Below, piece after piece: positions 9,736-18,126 of a DNA stretch of 64,000 nucleotides. The position numbers and the translations under genes are program-made. Numbering within the stretch: position 1 is the stretch's first letter; every line of letters starts with the position of its first letter. The stretch spans positions 47,240 to 111,239 of the forward strand of contig CAYSLI010000001.1 of the NCBI GenBank assembly GCA_964431915.1, read 5' to 3'. A model generated the notes under the pieces. It ran no database searches, had not been told where the DNA came from, and worked only from the letters and a program-made list of their open reading frames with translations. Source of the DNA: an uncultured Candidatus Saccharibacteria bacterium (GTDB lineage Bacteria; Patescibacteriota; Minisyncoccia; Minisyncoccales; CAZKCU01).

Positions 9736-10997
9736 ATCTTTAATAATTTTTGGAACTTATTTTTATCCTTAAATGGGCCAATGAGAGCTAAATTTAATTT
9801 TCTTGGTTGAAAAATATCTCTGGCTACTTTTAGAATATCATCTTGACTAACTTTATCAATCATTTTGCACTCTTGAGCGGGAGTTGAAATTTTCCTTTTT
9901 AAAATTTCCTGAGTCCCGAGATAACTCGCCCAGGCATCAGAAGTTTCCAATCCCAGATAAAGATGACCCTTAATATTATCTTTGGCTTTCTGAAGTTCTT
10001 CTCTTGGAACTTTTTTCTCTTTTAAATTTTTATACTCTTTCAAAATGATTTTTATTGCCTCCTCTGTCCTTTTATTGCCAATTCCAGCATGAGTAACAAG
10101 ATATCCTGTATCAGTATAATTTTCAGAAATAGTCTTAATATAATAAGCCATCCCTCTCTTTTCCCTAATTTCAGTAAAAAGCCTGGAGCTCATAACTCCT
10201 CCCAAAAGATTTGCCAAGACAGCGAGGGGGTATCTTTCTGGTTTAAAAATGTTATAAGCTCTGACCCCTAAGGTTAAATGGGTCTGGTCGGTTTCTTTTG
10301 TCCGAAGTAAAATCTGAGGAGATTTTTGTCTTTCAATTACCGGTTTTTTGAGTAAAGATTTGGTCTTTCTGAATTTTTCAAAAAAATTTTTTATTTTAGA
10401 AAAGGCTTCTTTAGTTTCAAAATTTCCAGCCAAGGAAACAACTATATTTTCTGCGCTAAATTGTTTTCTAAAATAATCTAAGATATCTCTTCTGGAAATT
10501 CTTTTTACCGTTTCCTTTTCCCCGGCAATCATCCAACCAGCAGGTTGCTCTCCGTATAAAAGTTTTTCCCAAAGTTCCAAAACATAACTCTGGGGAGTAT
10601 CTAAATACATATTAATTTCTTCTATAATCGCCTTTCTTTCCTTTCCAATCTCTTTTTCTTTAAAAAGAGAATTAAAAATCATATCAGATAAAACATCGGC
10701 TGCTAAGTCAAAATGCTTTGAATCAACCTTTACCCAAAATCCCATAAATTCTTTACCGGTAAAGGCATTATAAATTCCGCCTACCCTATCTAATTCTTTG
10801 GCAATATCTAAAGTCCGGGGGCGTTTTTTTGTTCCCCGAAAAGCCATATGCTCTAAAAAATGAGAAATACCATTTATCTCTTTTTTTTCATATTTCGAAC
10901 CAGTAGCTACTAATATCAAAACAGTTATTGCCTGGGTATTTTGCAAGGGAATAGTAATAATTCTCAAGCCGTTTTTAAGAGTCGTTTTTCTATGCAT
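9732..10997 (-). CDS. M16 family zinc peptidase (pitrilysin-like)
   Basis: Inverted zinc motif HxxEH (GISHFLEHMAFRGT). About 420 aa two-domain layout. Confidence 0.85.
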   Translation of the reverse strand: MHRKTTLKNGLRIITIPLQNTQAITVLILVATGSKYEKKEINGISHFLEHMAFRGTKKRPRTLDIAKELDRVGGIYNAFTGKEFMGFWVKVDSKHFDLAADVLSDMIFNSLFKEKEIGKERKAIIEEINMYLDTPQSYVLELWEKLLYGEQPAGWMIAGEKETVKRISRRDILDYFRKQFSAENIVVSLAGNFETKEAFSKIKNFFEKFRKTKSLLKKPVIERQKSPQILLRTKETDQTHLTLGVRAYNIFKPERYPLAVLANLLGGVMSSRLFTEIREKRGMAYYIKTISENYTDTGYLVTHAGIGNKRTEEAIKIILKEYKNLKEKKVPREELQKAKDNIKGHLYLGLETSDAWASYLGTQEILKRKISTPAQECKMIDKVSQDDILKVARDIFQPRKLNLALIGPFKDKNKFQKLLKI

Positions 10998-12354
10998 TTA
11001 ATTTCTCTTTTAGAATATTTATTAAATCTTTAATTTTTACTCTTTCTTGCTTCATTGTGTCGCGATTGCGAATAGTTAAAGTATCATCCTTTAATGTTTG
11101 GAAATCTACCGTAACCGACACAACAACAGCAATTTCATCACCGCGACGATAACGACGGCCGATTGAACCTAACTCGTCATACTGACAAACAAAATGAGGT
11201 TTTAACAATTGATAAACTTCTTTAGCTTTTTTCACTATTTCTGGTTTATTTCTCACTAAAGGCAAAACAGCAACTTTCATTGGAGCAATCTTTTTATCAA
11301 GTTTCAGCAAAATTTCAGTTTCTTTCGTTGCTTTTGTTGTTTTTGTTCTTCCTCCTTTTATTTCTTGATAGGCATCGCAAATAAGAGCTAAAACTATCCT
11401 TTCCAGTCCTACTGTTGGCTCAACCACATAAGGAATATATCTTTTACCAGAATCCTCATCTAAATAACTTAAATCGCGGCCTGAAAATTTAGAATGTTGT
11501 GATAGGTCAAAATCAGTTCGATTGGCGATACCAGCTAATTCTGACCAACCAAAAGGAAATTTATATTCAATATCAATTGTTCTTTTTGAGTAATGGGATA
11601 GGGCTTCCTTTGGATGTTCATGTCTTCTTAAGTTTTCTTTTTTCAGGCCTAAATCCAGAAAGAACTTTTCCCACTCTACTACCCAAAAATTAAACCATTT
11701 TTCATCTTCTCCTGGTTTAACAAAATACTCAATCTCGGCAATATTAAATTCTCGAGTTCGAAACGTAAAATTACCGGTAGTTATCTCGTTTCGAAAAGAA
11801 CGGCCAATTTGAGCAATTCCAAAAGGAATTTTTAAACGCATCGATTCTTGAACAAGTTTAAAATCGGTAAACATTGACTGGGCGGTTTCTGGTCTTAAAT
11901 AAGTTTGATGGGCTTTATCTTCTACCGGGCCCAGGAAAGTTTTAAACAACAAATTGAAAAGACGAGGTGGAGTAAATTCTTTTCCACCACAATTAGGACA
12001 TTGATTTTTAGTTTTAGCTTTTCCCTCCCCAATAAACCTGCCATCTGCCATATGGTCGGCCCGAAAACGCGAATGACAATTTTTGCATTCAATTAAGGAA
12101 TCGGTGAAATGTTCCAAATGTCCCGAGGCATTCCAAACATTGGGGTGCATCAAAACCGTTCCATCAATCAAAACTACATCATCTCTTTTTTGAACAAATC
12201 TCTTTAGCCATTCTTCTCTGATATTATTTTTTAAAAGAGATCCTAAGGGCCCGTAATCCCACAATGCTTCCACTCCACCGTAAATTTCCGAGGATTGAAA
12301 AACAAATCCCCGCCTTTTACACAAAGATATAATTTTTGACATTAAATCAGTCAT
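10990..12354 (-). CDS. glyQS: glycine--tRNA ligase (alpha2 dimer type)
   Basis: Class II motifs (YLRPETAQ, FRNEITTG..FTFRTREF, GxGxERI as VEPTVGLERI). C-terminal anticodon-binding domain. Confidence 0.95.
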   Translation of the reverse strand: MTDLMSKIISLCKRRGFVFQSSEIYGGVEALWDYGPLGSLLKNNIREEWLKRFVQKRDDVVLIDGTVLMHPNVWNASGHLEHFTDSLIECKNCHSRFRADHMADGRFIGEGKAKTKNQCPNCGGKEFTPPRLFNLLFKTFLGPVEDKAHQTYLRPETAQSMFTDFKLVQESMRLKIPFGIAQIGRSFRNEITTGNFTFRTREFNIAEIEYFVKPGEDEKWFNFWVVEWEKFFLDLGLKKENLRRHEHPKEALSHYSKRTIDIEYKFPFGWSELAGIANRTDFDLSQHSKFSGRDLSYLDEDSGKRYIPYVVEPTVGLERIVLALICDAYQEIKGGRTKTTKATKETEILLKLDKKIAPMKVAVLPLVRNKPEIVKKAKEVYQLLKPHFVCQYDELGSIGRRYRRGDEIAVVVSVTVDFQTLKDDTLTIRNRDTMKQERVKIKDLINILKEKLNA

Positions 12355-12359
12355 GTTTT

Positions 12360-14063
12360 TTATTGAATCTTGCCCATTTCCTCGCTAATAGTCGGGTCAT
12401 CTGGCAAAGAGGCATTAACCGGATCGGCTGTAGCTTCCACCTTTTCTCCTGTCCAGACATCTTCTCCGATTATTCTAACCTGAGAAATAAGTTCAGGAAT
12501 CTCTCTTCTCTGGGCCGAATCAGGAGTTAAAGCAACTTGAAAGGAAATCTCAGGCTCGGGGCCCGAAATTCCTTTTCCTGCTGTTAACTCACCAATTTCC
12601 CAGACAATTTCCCGGCTCACAGAGTCAAAAGAAAACTTAGCTTCTTTTGAAGAAATTTCGCCAGTTAATCTCACCTGAAGAGGTAAATTAGCTTTAACTT
12701 TTAGATTTTTAACATCGTTGTAAAAATTTTTAGCCTGCCAAAAGATAGTATAAGTTGTTGTAGAGCCAACCCGGGGAGGAAGGGGCCCATAATTTTTAAA
12801 AGCTCCCTTGTCAAAATAACCTCTCTGAGAAATAGCCAGCTTTGTGTTAATTTTAGTAATAAATTCTTCTTTAGCCTCACTCAAGCTAATTTTAGTTTTG
12901 ATTTGAGGATTTTTGAGAGAGAAATCGTCTTTCACTCTTACCCAAAATCCAACTTTTCCTTCTTCCATACTGGATAGAAGACGTAATTGGGGAACTGTAA
13001 TATGGTCCCAGATAATTGAGTTTGAACCTTTTTGAAATTGGCCGGCTCCAGCTTGAAGAGTGTCAAAATCTAAAACTCCTCCTTCTAACTGAACTACCAA
13101 AAATAAATTTTCCAAACCTTCCTCTCCGGTATTTTTAAAGAAGACTTCGTAATACAGATAATCCCCGGGGCAAGCTGAATATTGAGGAGAATTATTAATT
13201 TGATAGGAGAGAAAAATCGAAGGTCTGGTAATTTCTATCCCCTTAGTTGTCTCTTTTAATAAAACAAATTCTCCTTCCTGCCAGATGCCTAAATTTGCCC
13301 GAAAGATTTTTGACTCTTGAACCTCTCCCCTTAGAATGCCGGAAACTTCAATTCTTCCTCCCCCAGCCTTATTTAAAAGTGGAATCTCCCATTCTGTTTT
13401 TCCTAAGGACTTTGGCTGACTCTCAAAAAACTCAAAGCCAGCAGGATATTCAATCCTTACTCTTAAATTAGAAATAGGATAATCTATATTTGAAAAATAA
13501 TTTAACCTAAAGAGAGTTTTTCTGCCAGGTTCAACTTTCGAAGGAAAATCAAATTCAAAAGTAAGAGGAACACTTTTAATTAAAGTAGTGAAAGTGGTGG
13601 CTGACTCATAGCGAGTTTTTAGATTTTTTGGTTTATAACTTAACCAAGCCTTGGCAATCTTAGCTTCATTTTCTCTACCTAATAATCTGGCTTTAAAATG
13701 GAAGGTTCTCTCTTGGCCAGGGTAGATATCCTCGAGTTCTTTTTCTTGTCTTGGAGATACTTCTTCTTGAGGCAGGGCTTCCTGATTTTCAGACCGGATT
13801 TCTTCTTCGACAACTATTGAATTTTTAGGATATTCAAAAATAAGTTTTGGCTCTTCTAACCTGATATTGCCATTATTTTTATATTTCACTATATATTCAA
13901 TTTCTTGAGCCATTTCTACTTCTTCTGGTCCCAAAATTTCCACTCTCAAAATCTCTTTGGAATAAATATTTCTTTGATAATACCAAAAACCGGCTACCCC
14001 TAAGATAATCGTTAAAATGATAATAACTTTTATTAATTTCCCCTTCATGTACCGAGCTTCCAT
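12360..14063 (-). CDS. membrane-anchored protein with repeated beta-sandwich (DUF11/CARDB-like) modules, function unknown; true start may be ATG at 14048
   Basis: N-terminal TM helix (LIKVIIILTIILGVAGFWYY) followed by repeated ~100-aa segments. The first 5 codons (MEARY) are contributed by repeat element copy A, so the start is uncertain. Confidence 0.6.
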   Translation of the reverse strand: MEARYMKGKLIKVIIILTIILGVAGFWYYQRNIYSKEILRVEILGPEEVEMAQEIEYIVKYKNNGNIRLEEPKLIFEYPKNSIVVEEEIRSENQEALPQEEVSPRQEKELEDIYPGQERTFHFKARLLGRENEAKIAKAWLSYKPKNLKTRYESATTFTTLIKSVPLTFEFDFPSKVEPGRKTLFRLNYFSNIDYPISNLRVRIEYPAGFEFFESQPKSLGKTEWEIPLLNKAGGGRIEVSGILRGEVQESKIFRANLGIWQEGEFVLLKETTKGIEITRPSIFLSYQINNSPQYSACPGDYLYYEVFFKNTGEEGLENLFLVVQLEGGVLDFDTLQAGAGQFQKGSNSIIWDHITVPQLRLLSSMEEGKVGFWVRVKDDFSLKNPQIKTKISLSEAKEEFITKINTKLAISQRGYFDKGAFKNYGPLPPRVGSTTTYTIFWQAKNFYNDVKNLKVKANLPLQVRLTGEISSKEAKFSFDSVSREIVWEIGELTAGKGISGPEPEISFQVALTPDSAQRREIPELISQVRIIGEDVWTGEKVEATADPVNASLPDDPTISEEMGKIQ

Positions 14064-14109
14064 TTATGGAAGCAAAGGTGAAGAAGAGGGCGAAGCCCTC
14101 TTCGCCTTA
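14046..14109 (-). repeat. GC-rich hairpin repeat element, copy A (long form, 64 nt), abutting the start codon
   Basis: Minus strand: TAAGGCGAAGAGGGCTTCGCCCTCTTCTTCACCTTTGCTTCCATAAATGGAAGCTCGGTACATG. Hairpins GAAGAGGG/CCCTCTTC and CTTCCA/TGGAAG. Near-identical to copy B. Confidence 0.85.
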
Positions 14110-14126
14110 GTCTATTTTAGCATACT

Positions 14127-14864
14127 TCAGCCTTCTTTTAAAAAAGTAAGATAAAGTTCTGATATTTCTTTTAGATTTTTTCTCTCTTCTTTTATTATTT
14201 TAAGTCTGGGCAATATTTCCCAATTATTTGAAAGAAAAATTCTTAAAATTTTAACCGTAACTACGCTTATTTCTTTTACTCTTTCTTTTTCTTCTGGGCT
14301 GAGTTTTTTCAAACATCTCCAGCATACTACCCCTCCTTCCTTTGGCACAAAATAAAAAGTTTCTGGCAAAAGTTTCTCTCTGCAAATTGGGCAAGTAGAA
14401 AGTTCAGGTTTAAACCCTAAAAGAGAAAAGAGGTTCCAGAGGAAATAGCAATAAATTAGTTGTAAGTTGTAAGTTGTAAGTTGTAAGTTGTTTAATTTTA
14501 TAAAAGCTTCATTTAATAAATTCCAAATATCTTTGTCAGGTTCTTGTCCTTTGACTAAATTATCCAAAACTTCTGAAATCTGATAGGCAATAACCAATCT
14601 CTCTAAGTCTTTTCTGATATTTTTAAATTTCTCAATTAAAATGGCATCGGTTAGGGTTTTGTAGGCTTTCCCTTGAATAAATTCAATCTCTGAAAAATAA
14701 AAAAGTTCGGCTCCTGCTCTTAATTTTGATTTGATTTTCCTGATAGCTCTTCCCAAAATCTCTAATTTCCCGAAATCCTTAGTATAAATTGTAAAAAGCT
14801 GATCGGCCTCACCCCTATCCTCTTTTTTTATAATTATCCCCTGAGTTCTGTAATGAGTGAACAT
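14127..14864 (-). CDS. recO: DNA repair protein RecO
   Basis: N-terminal OB-fold region (GIIIKKEDRGEADQLFTIYTKDFGKLEILGRAIRK) and C-terminal zinc motif CPICxx...CWRC. Confidence 0.85.
   Translation of the reverse strand: MFTHYRTQGIIIKKEDRGEADQLFTIYTKDFGKLEILGRAIRKIKSKLRAGAELFYFSEIEFIQGKAYKTLTDAILIEKFKNIRKDLERLVIAYQISEVLDNLVKGQEPDKDIWNLLNEAFIKLNNLQLTTYNLQLIYCYFLWNLFSLLGFKPELSTCPICREKLLPETFYFVPKEGGVVCWRCLKKLSPEEKERVKEISVVTVKILRIFLSNNWEILPRLKIIKEERKNLKEISELYLTFLKEG
14459..14493 (-). repeat. heptanucleotide tandem repeat (GTTGTAA x4 + GTTGTTT) inside recO
   Basis: Four perfect 7-mers read directly. Translated as ...LQLTTYNLQLIY... Confidence 0.95.
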
Positions 14865-14870
14865 CTTAAA

Positions 14871-15260
14871 TCATTTCCCCAGAATTCCCTTTGTCAACCT
14901 TTTTGCTTTCCCTTTATCTTCATAGGATAAATCTTTAAATTTCCCCCATTTCCCCAAATTTAATTGTTTTTCTGCTTCCTCCACGTCTTTTTTCTTTACA
15001 GAACTGCCGTGGCCGAAAAGCTTTTCCCCTATCCTAGTCGTGTCTTTTTTTGCCAAACTGGTTCTTCTATAAAGCTCGGGATTTCCTAATTGATGCATAA
15101 AATTCCCCCGATTCATATAAGACTTTCCTCCGAACATTGAACTATCTTTCTCTTCTTTTTTTGGTGATGGAGTTGAGGTTTTTTCTGGTCTTCTTTTTAT
15201 TCCTCCCCCACCAAAAATTTTTTTAATATCAAAAATTGCCATATTTTTAAATTTTTTCAA
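14871..15260 (-). CDS. hypothetical basic, low-complexity protein (alternative start ATG 15242)
   Basis: 129-aa ORF between ileS and recO, Lys/Gly-rich, no recognisable motif. The start overlaps the ileS stop by 14 nt unless Met7 is used. Confidence 0.4.
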   Translation of the reverse strand: MKKFKNMAIFDIKKIFGGGGIKRRPEKTSTPSPKKEEKDSSMFGGKSYMNRGNFMHQLGNPELYRRTSLAKKDTTRIGEKLFGHGSSVKKKDVEEAEKQLNLGKWGKFKDLSYEDKGKAKRLTKGILGK

Positions 15261-18126
15261 TTGCTAACCATAATTTTGTTTGACCGACCTTTAAATTTTT
15301 TTCAATGTCAAAGATTTTCTTTAATTTTTTACCAAAAAGAAAATCTCTGGCTTTGGTCTCTTCTAAAATGTCTTTTTTATTTTTTTCTAAAACTTTCTTC
15401 AATTTCTCTTGGCACTCACAATAAATAATAATTTTGTCTTTGGGAGTAAGTTTAGCTTTTTTCCGCAGTTGCTGAACTTGTCGGATAAATTCTCGAACCT
15501 GCCCTTCCTCTCTTAACTCTTTGGTAATTTTTATATCCAACTCTATTTCCTCTTTAATCTTCGGGTCAAAAACTATTTCTTTAACATTAACTTCTTCTTT
15601 AATTAGCTGTAATAGTTCTTTATTATTTTTGATTTTTGATTTTTGATTTTTGATTTTGAGCAAAGCGAGAGGTTGACGTACTTTAATCCCGGCCTTTACT
15701 CTTTCAGCCAACGCGAAAGCGACTACTTCTCGACCCTGCTCCATTTTTTCTTCTAAGTCTTTGTTAATTAATCTTTTGTTTGGCTTAGGATAATCAGCCA
15801 GATGGACTGATTCTTTGAGGCCGCTTAATTTTTGGTAAATTTCTTCAGCAATAAAGGGTGTAAAAGGAGCTAAAAGCTTACTTAAATTCAAAAGCAGATA
15901 ATAAAGGGTCTGACGGGCTTCATCTTTTTCTTTTTTCGCTTCTGGTTTTTGGAACCTTCTCCGGGAACGACGGATGTACCAATTAGATAAATCCTCAACA
16001 AAATCTTCAAATAATCTCGCAGCCGAAACAATATCATAATTATCCAGATTTTTAATTACCCGAAGATTTAAATTTTCTAAGCGAGAGAGAATCCACTTGT
16101 CAAGTAAATTTTGGGATTTAAAATTTTCTTTTGGTTTAAACTGTTTGTCAGTATAAGTGGAAAAGAACACTAAAACATTTCGCAAGGTATCAAAAAACTT
16201 TCTATATATAGTTTGAACGTCTTTAAAATCAAATCTTTTGGGATCAGCTACTTGGTTGATTGTATAAAAATAGAATCTGGCAACATCGACTCCAAATCTG
16301 TCAATTACATCTTTGGGCCAAACAATATTACCTTTTGACTTTGACATTTTTTTGCCTTTGGCATCTAAAACAATGCCATTAACCACAACATTTTTATAAG
16401 GAGTACCAAAATTTAAAAGGGTTGAAACAGCCAATAGGGTATAAAACCAACCTCTTGTTTGGTCTAATCCTTCACAAATAAAATCTGCTGGGAAAGACAA
16501 ACTCTTATCGATTCTTTCTTTGTTCTCAAAAGGATAATGCCATTGGGCAAAAGGCATACTTCCCGAATCAAACCAACAATCAATTACTTCAGGAACTCGT
16601 CTCATTTGACCACCACATTTTTTGCACTTGAAAGTAATTTTGTCAATAAAGGGTTTGTGTAAATCAGTAATTTTTTTACCGCTTAATTTTGTTAATTCCT
16701 CAATTGATCCAATCACTTCAATATTATTACAAGATTTTTGATTTTTGCTGTTTTGGCATTGCCAAATCGGGAGAGGTGTACCCCAGTAACGCTCACGCGA
16801 TAAGTTCCAATCTTTAATTTCTCTGAGCCATTCACCGAATCTCCCTTCTTTCAAATAATTGGGGACCCAGTTTATTTCTTGATTGTTTTTGAGCAGCTCT
16901 TTTTTAAGAGCAGTCATTTTAATAAACCAAGAAGTTTTAGCGTAATAAAGTAAGGGGGTACCACAACGCCAACAAAAAGGATATTCATGTTCGTATAATT
17001 CTTCTTTGAAAAAAAGGTTTCTTTTTCTTAAATCTTCAATAATTGGAGGGTCAGCTTCTTTAACAAATAGCCCTGCCCATTTTTTAACTTCTGTTTTAAA
17101 ACACCCACTCTCATCAACAGTCATTAGAATTGGTAAATCATTTTTCTTTGCTGCTGCCATATCTTCTTCTCCAAAAGCTGGGGCAACATGGACTAAACCT
17201 GTTCCCTCCCCTAATGAAACAAAATCGCCAGGAATTATATGGTAAGCTTTTTTATCAAGCCTTGCAGAAGGAAACAAAGGTTGATACTCCATTCCAAGAA
17301 GTTCTTTTCCTTTAAACTCTTGAACAATTTTATCCCCTACCCCACAAGCTTTCATTCGTTCTTTTGCCAAAATCAAATATTCATCATCGACTTTTGCCCT
17401 AACATAAGTAAAATCAGGATTTACGGCAATTGCCACATTCCCTGGTAAAGTCCAAATTGTTGTTGTCCAAATTAATAAATAAGTATTTTTGAACTTTAAA
17501 TTTTTAACTTTCAACTTTACATATAACGCTGGTTCTTTAATTTTCTTGTATCCTTGAGCTACTTCGTGGCTAGACAGACTCGTCCCACATCTCGGACAAT
17601 AAGGCACAACTTTGTAATCTTGATATAATAATCCTTTCTTCCAAATTTTCTTTAAAGCCCACCATAAGCTCTCAATATAATCATTACTACAGGTAATATA
17701 AGCATTTTTTAAATCAAGCCAGAAACCAATTCTTTTAGTAAATTCTTCCCATTCTTTTTTATAGGTAAAAACATTTCTTTTACACTCTTCAATAAATTTC
17801 TCAATGCCAAGTTGCTCGATTTCTTTTTTAGTTTTAATTTTAAGTTTCTCTTCAGCCGCTATCTCAGTGGGTAAACCATGAGTGTCCCAACCGGCCTTTC
17901 TCTCAACAAAAAAACCCTGCATAGTTTTATAACGCAAAATTATATCTTTGAAAGCCCGAGCCAAAAGATGATGGATACCAGGCAAGCCATTAGCGTAGGG
18001 TGGTCCTTCAAAAAAAACAAATTTTGGACCTTTTTTGGTCTTCTCTAAACTCTTCTTAAAAATTCTATTCTTTTCCCAGAATTTGAGAATCATCTCTTCT
18101 AATTTTCGAGGTTCATATTTTTCCAT
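15247..18126 (-). CDS. ileS: isoleucine--tRNA ligase (type 2, archaeal/eukaryote-like)
   Basis: 959 aa. PPYANGLPGIHH (HIGH-type) and KMSKSKGN motifs, CP1 editing domain, Zn-ribbon CxxC pairs. Confidence 0.97.
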   Translation of the reverse strand: MEKYEPRKLEEMILKFWEKNRIFKKSLEKTKKGPKFVFFEGPPYANGLPGIHHLLARAFKDIILRYKTMQGFFVERKAGWDTHGLPTEIAAEEKLKIKTKKEIEQLGIEKFIEECKRNVFTYKKEWEEFTKRIGFWLDLKNAYITCSNDYIESLWWALKKIWKKGLLYQDYKVVPYCPRCGTSLSSHEVAQGYKKIKEPALYVKLKVKNLKFKNTYLLIWTTTIWTLPGNVAIAVNPDFTYVRAKVDDEYLILAKERMKACGVGDKIVQEFKGKELLGMEYQPLFPSARLDKKAYHIIPGDFVSLGEGTGLVHVAPAFGEEDMAAAKKNDLPILMTVDESGCFKTEVKKWAGLFVKEADPPIIEDLRKRNLFFKEELYEHEYPFCWRCGTPLLYYAKTSWFIKMTALKKELLKNNQEINWVPNYLKEGRFGEWLREIKDWNLSRERYWGTPLPIWQCQNSKNQKSCNNIEVIGSIEELTKLSGKKITDLHKPFIDKITFKCKKCGGQMRRVPEVIDCWFDSGSMPFAQWHYPFENKERIDKSLSFPADFICEGLDQTRGWFYTLLAVSTLLNFGTPYKNVVVNGIVLDAKGKKMSKSKGNIVWPKDVIDRFGVDVARFYFYTINQVADPKRFDFKDVQTIYRKFFDTLRNVLVFFSTYTDKQFKPKENFKSQNLLDKWILSRLENLNLRVIKNLDNYDIVSAARLFEDFVEDLSNWYIRRSRRRFQKPEAKKEKDEARQTLYYLLLNLSKLLAPFTPFIAEEIYQKLSGLKESVHLADYPKPNKRLINKDLEEKMEQGREVVAFALAERVKAGIKVRQPLALLKIKNQKSKIKNNKELLQLIKEEVNVKEIVFDPKIKEEIELDIKITKELREEGQVREFIRQVQQLRKKAKLTPKDKIIIYCECQEKLKKVLEKNKKDILEETKARDFLFGKKLKKIFDIEKNLKVGQTKLWLAIEKI
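15626..15659 (-). repeat. heptanucleotide tandem repeat (TTTTTGA x4 + TTTTGA) in frame inside ileS
   Basis: tttttga x4 read directly. Translated as ...KIKNQKSKIKNNK... in the C-terminal region. Confidence 0.95.
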
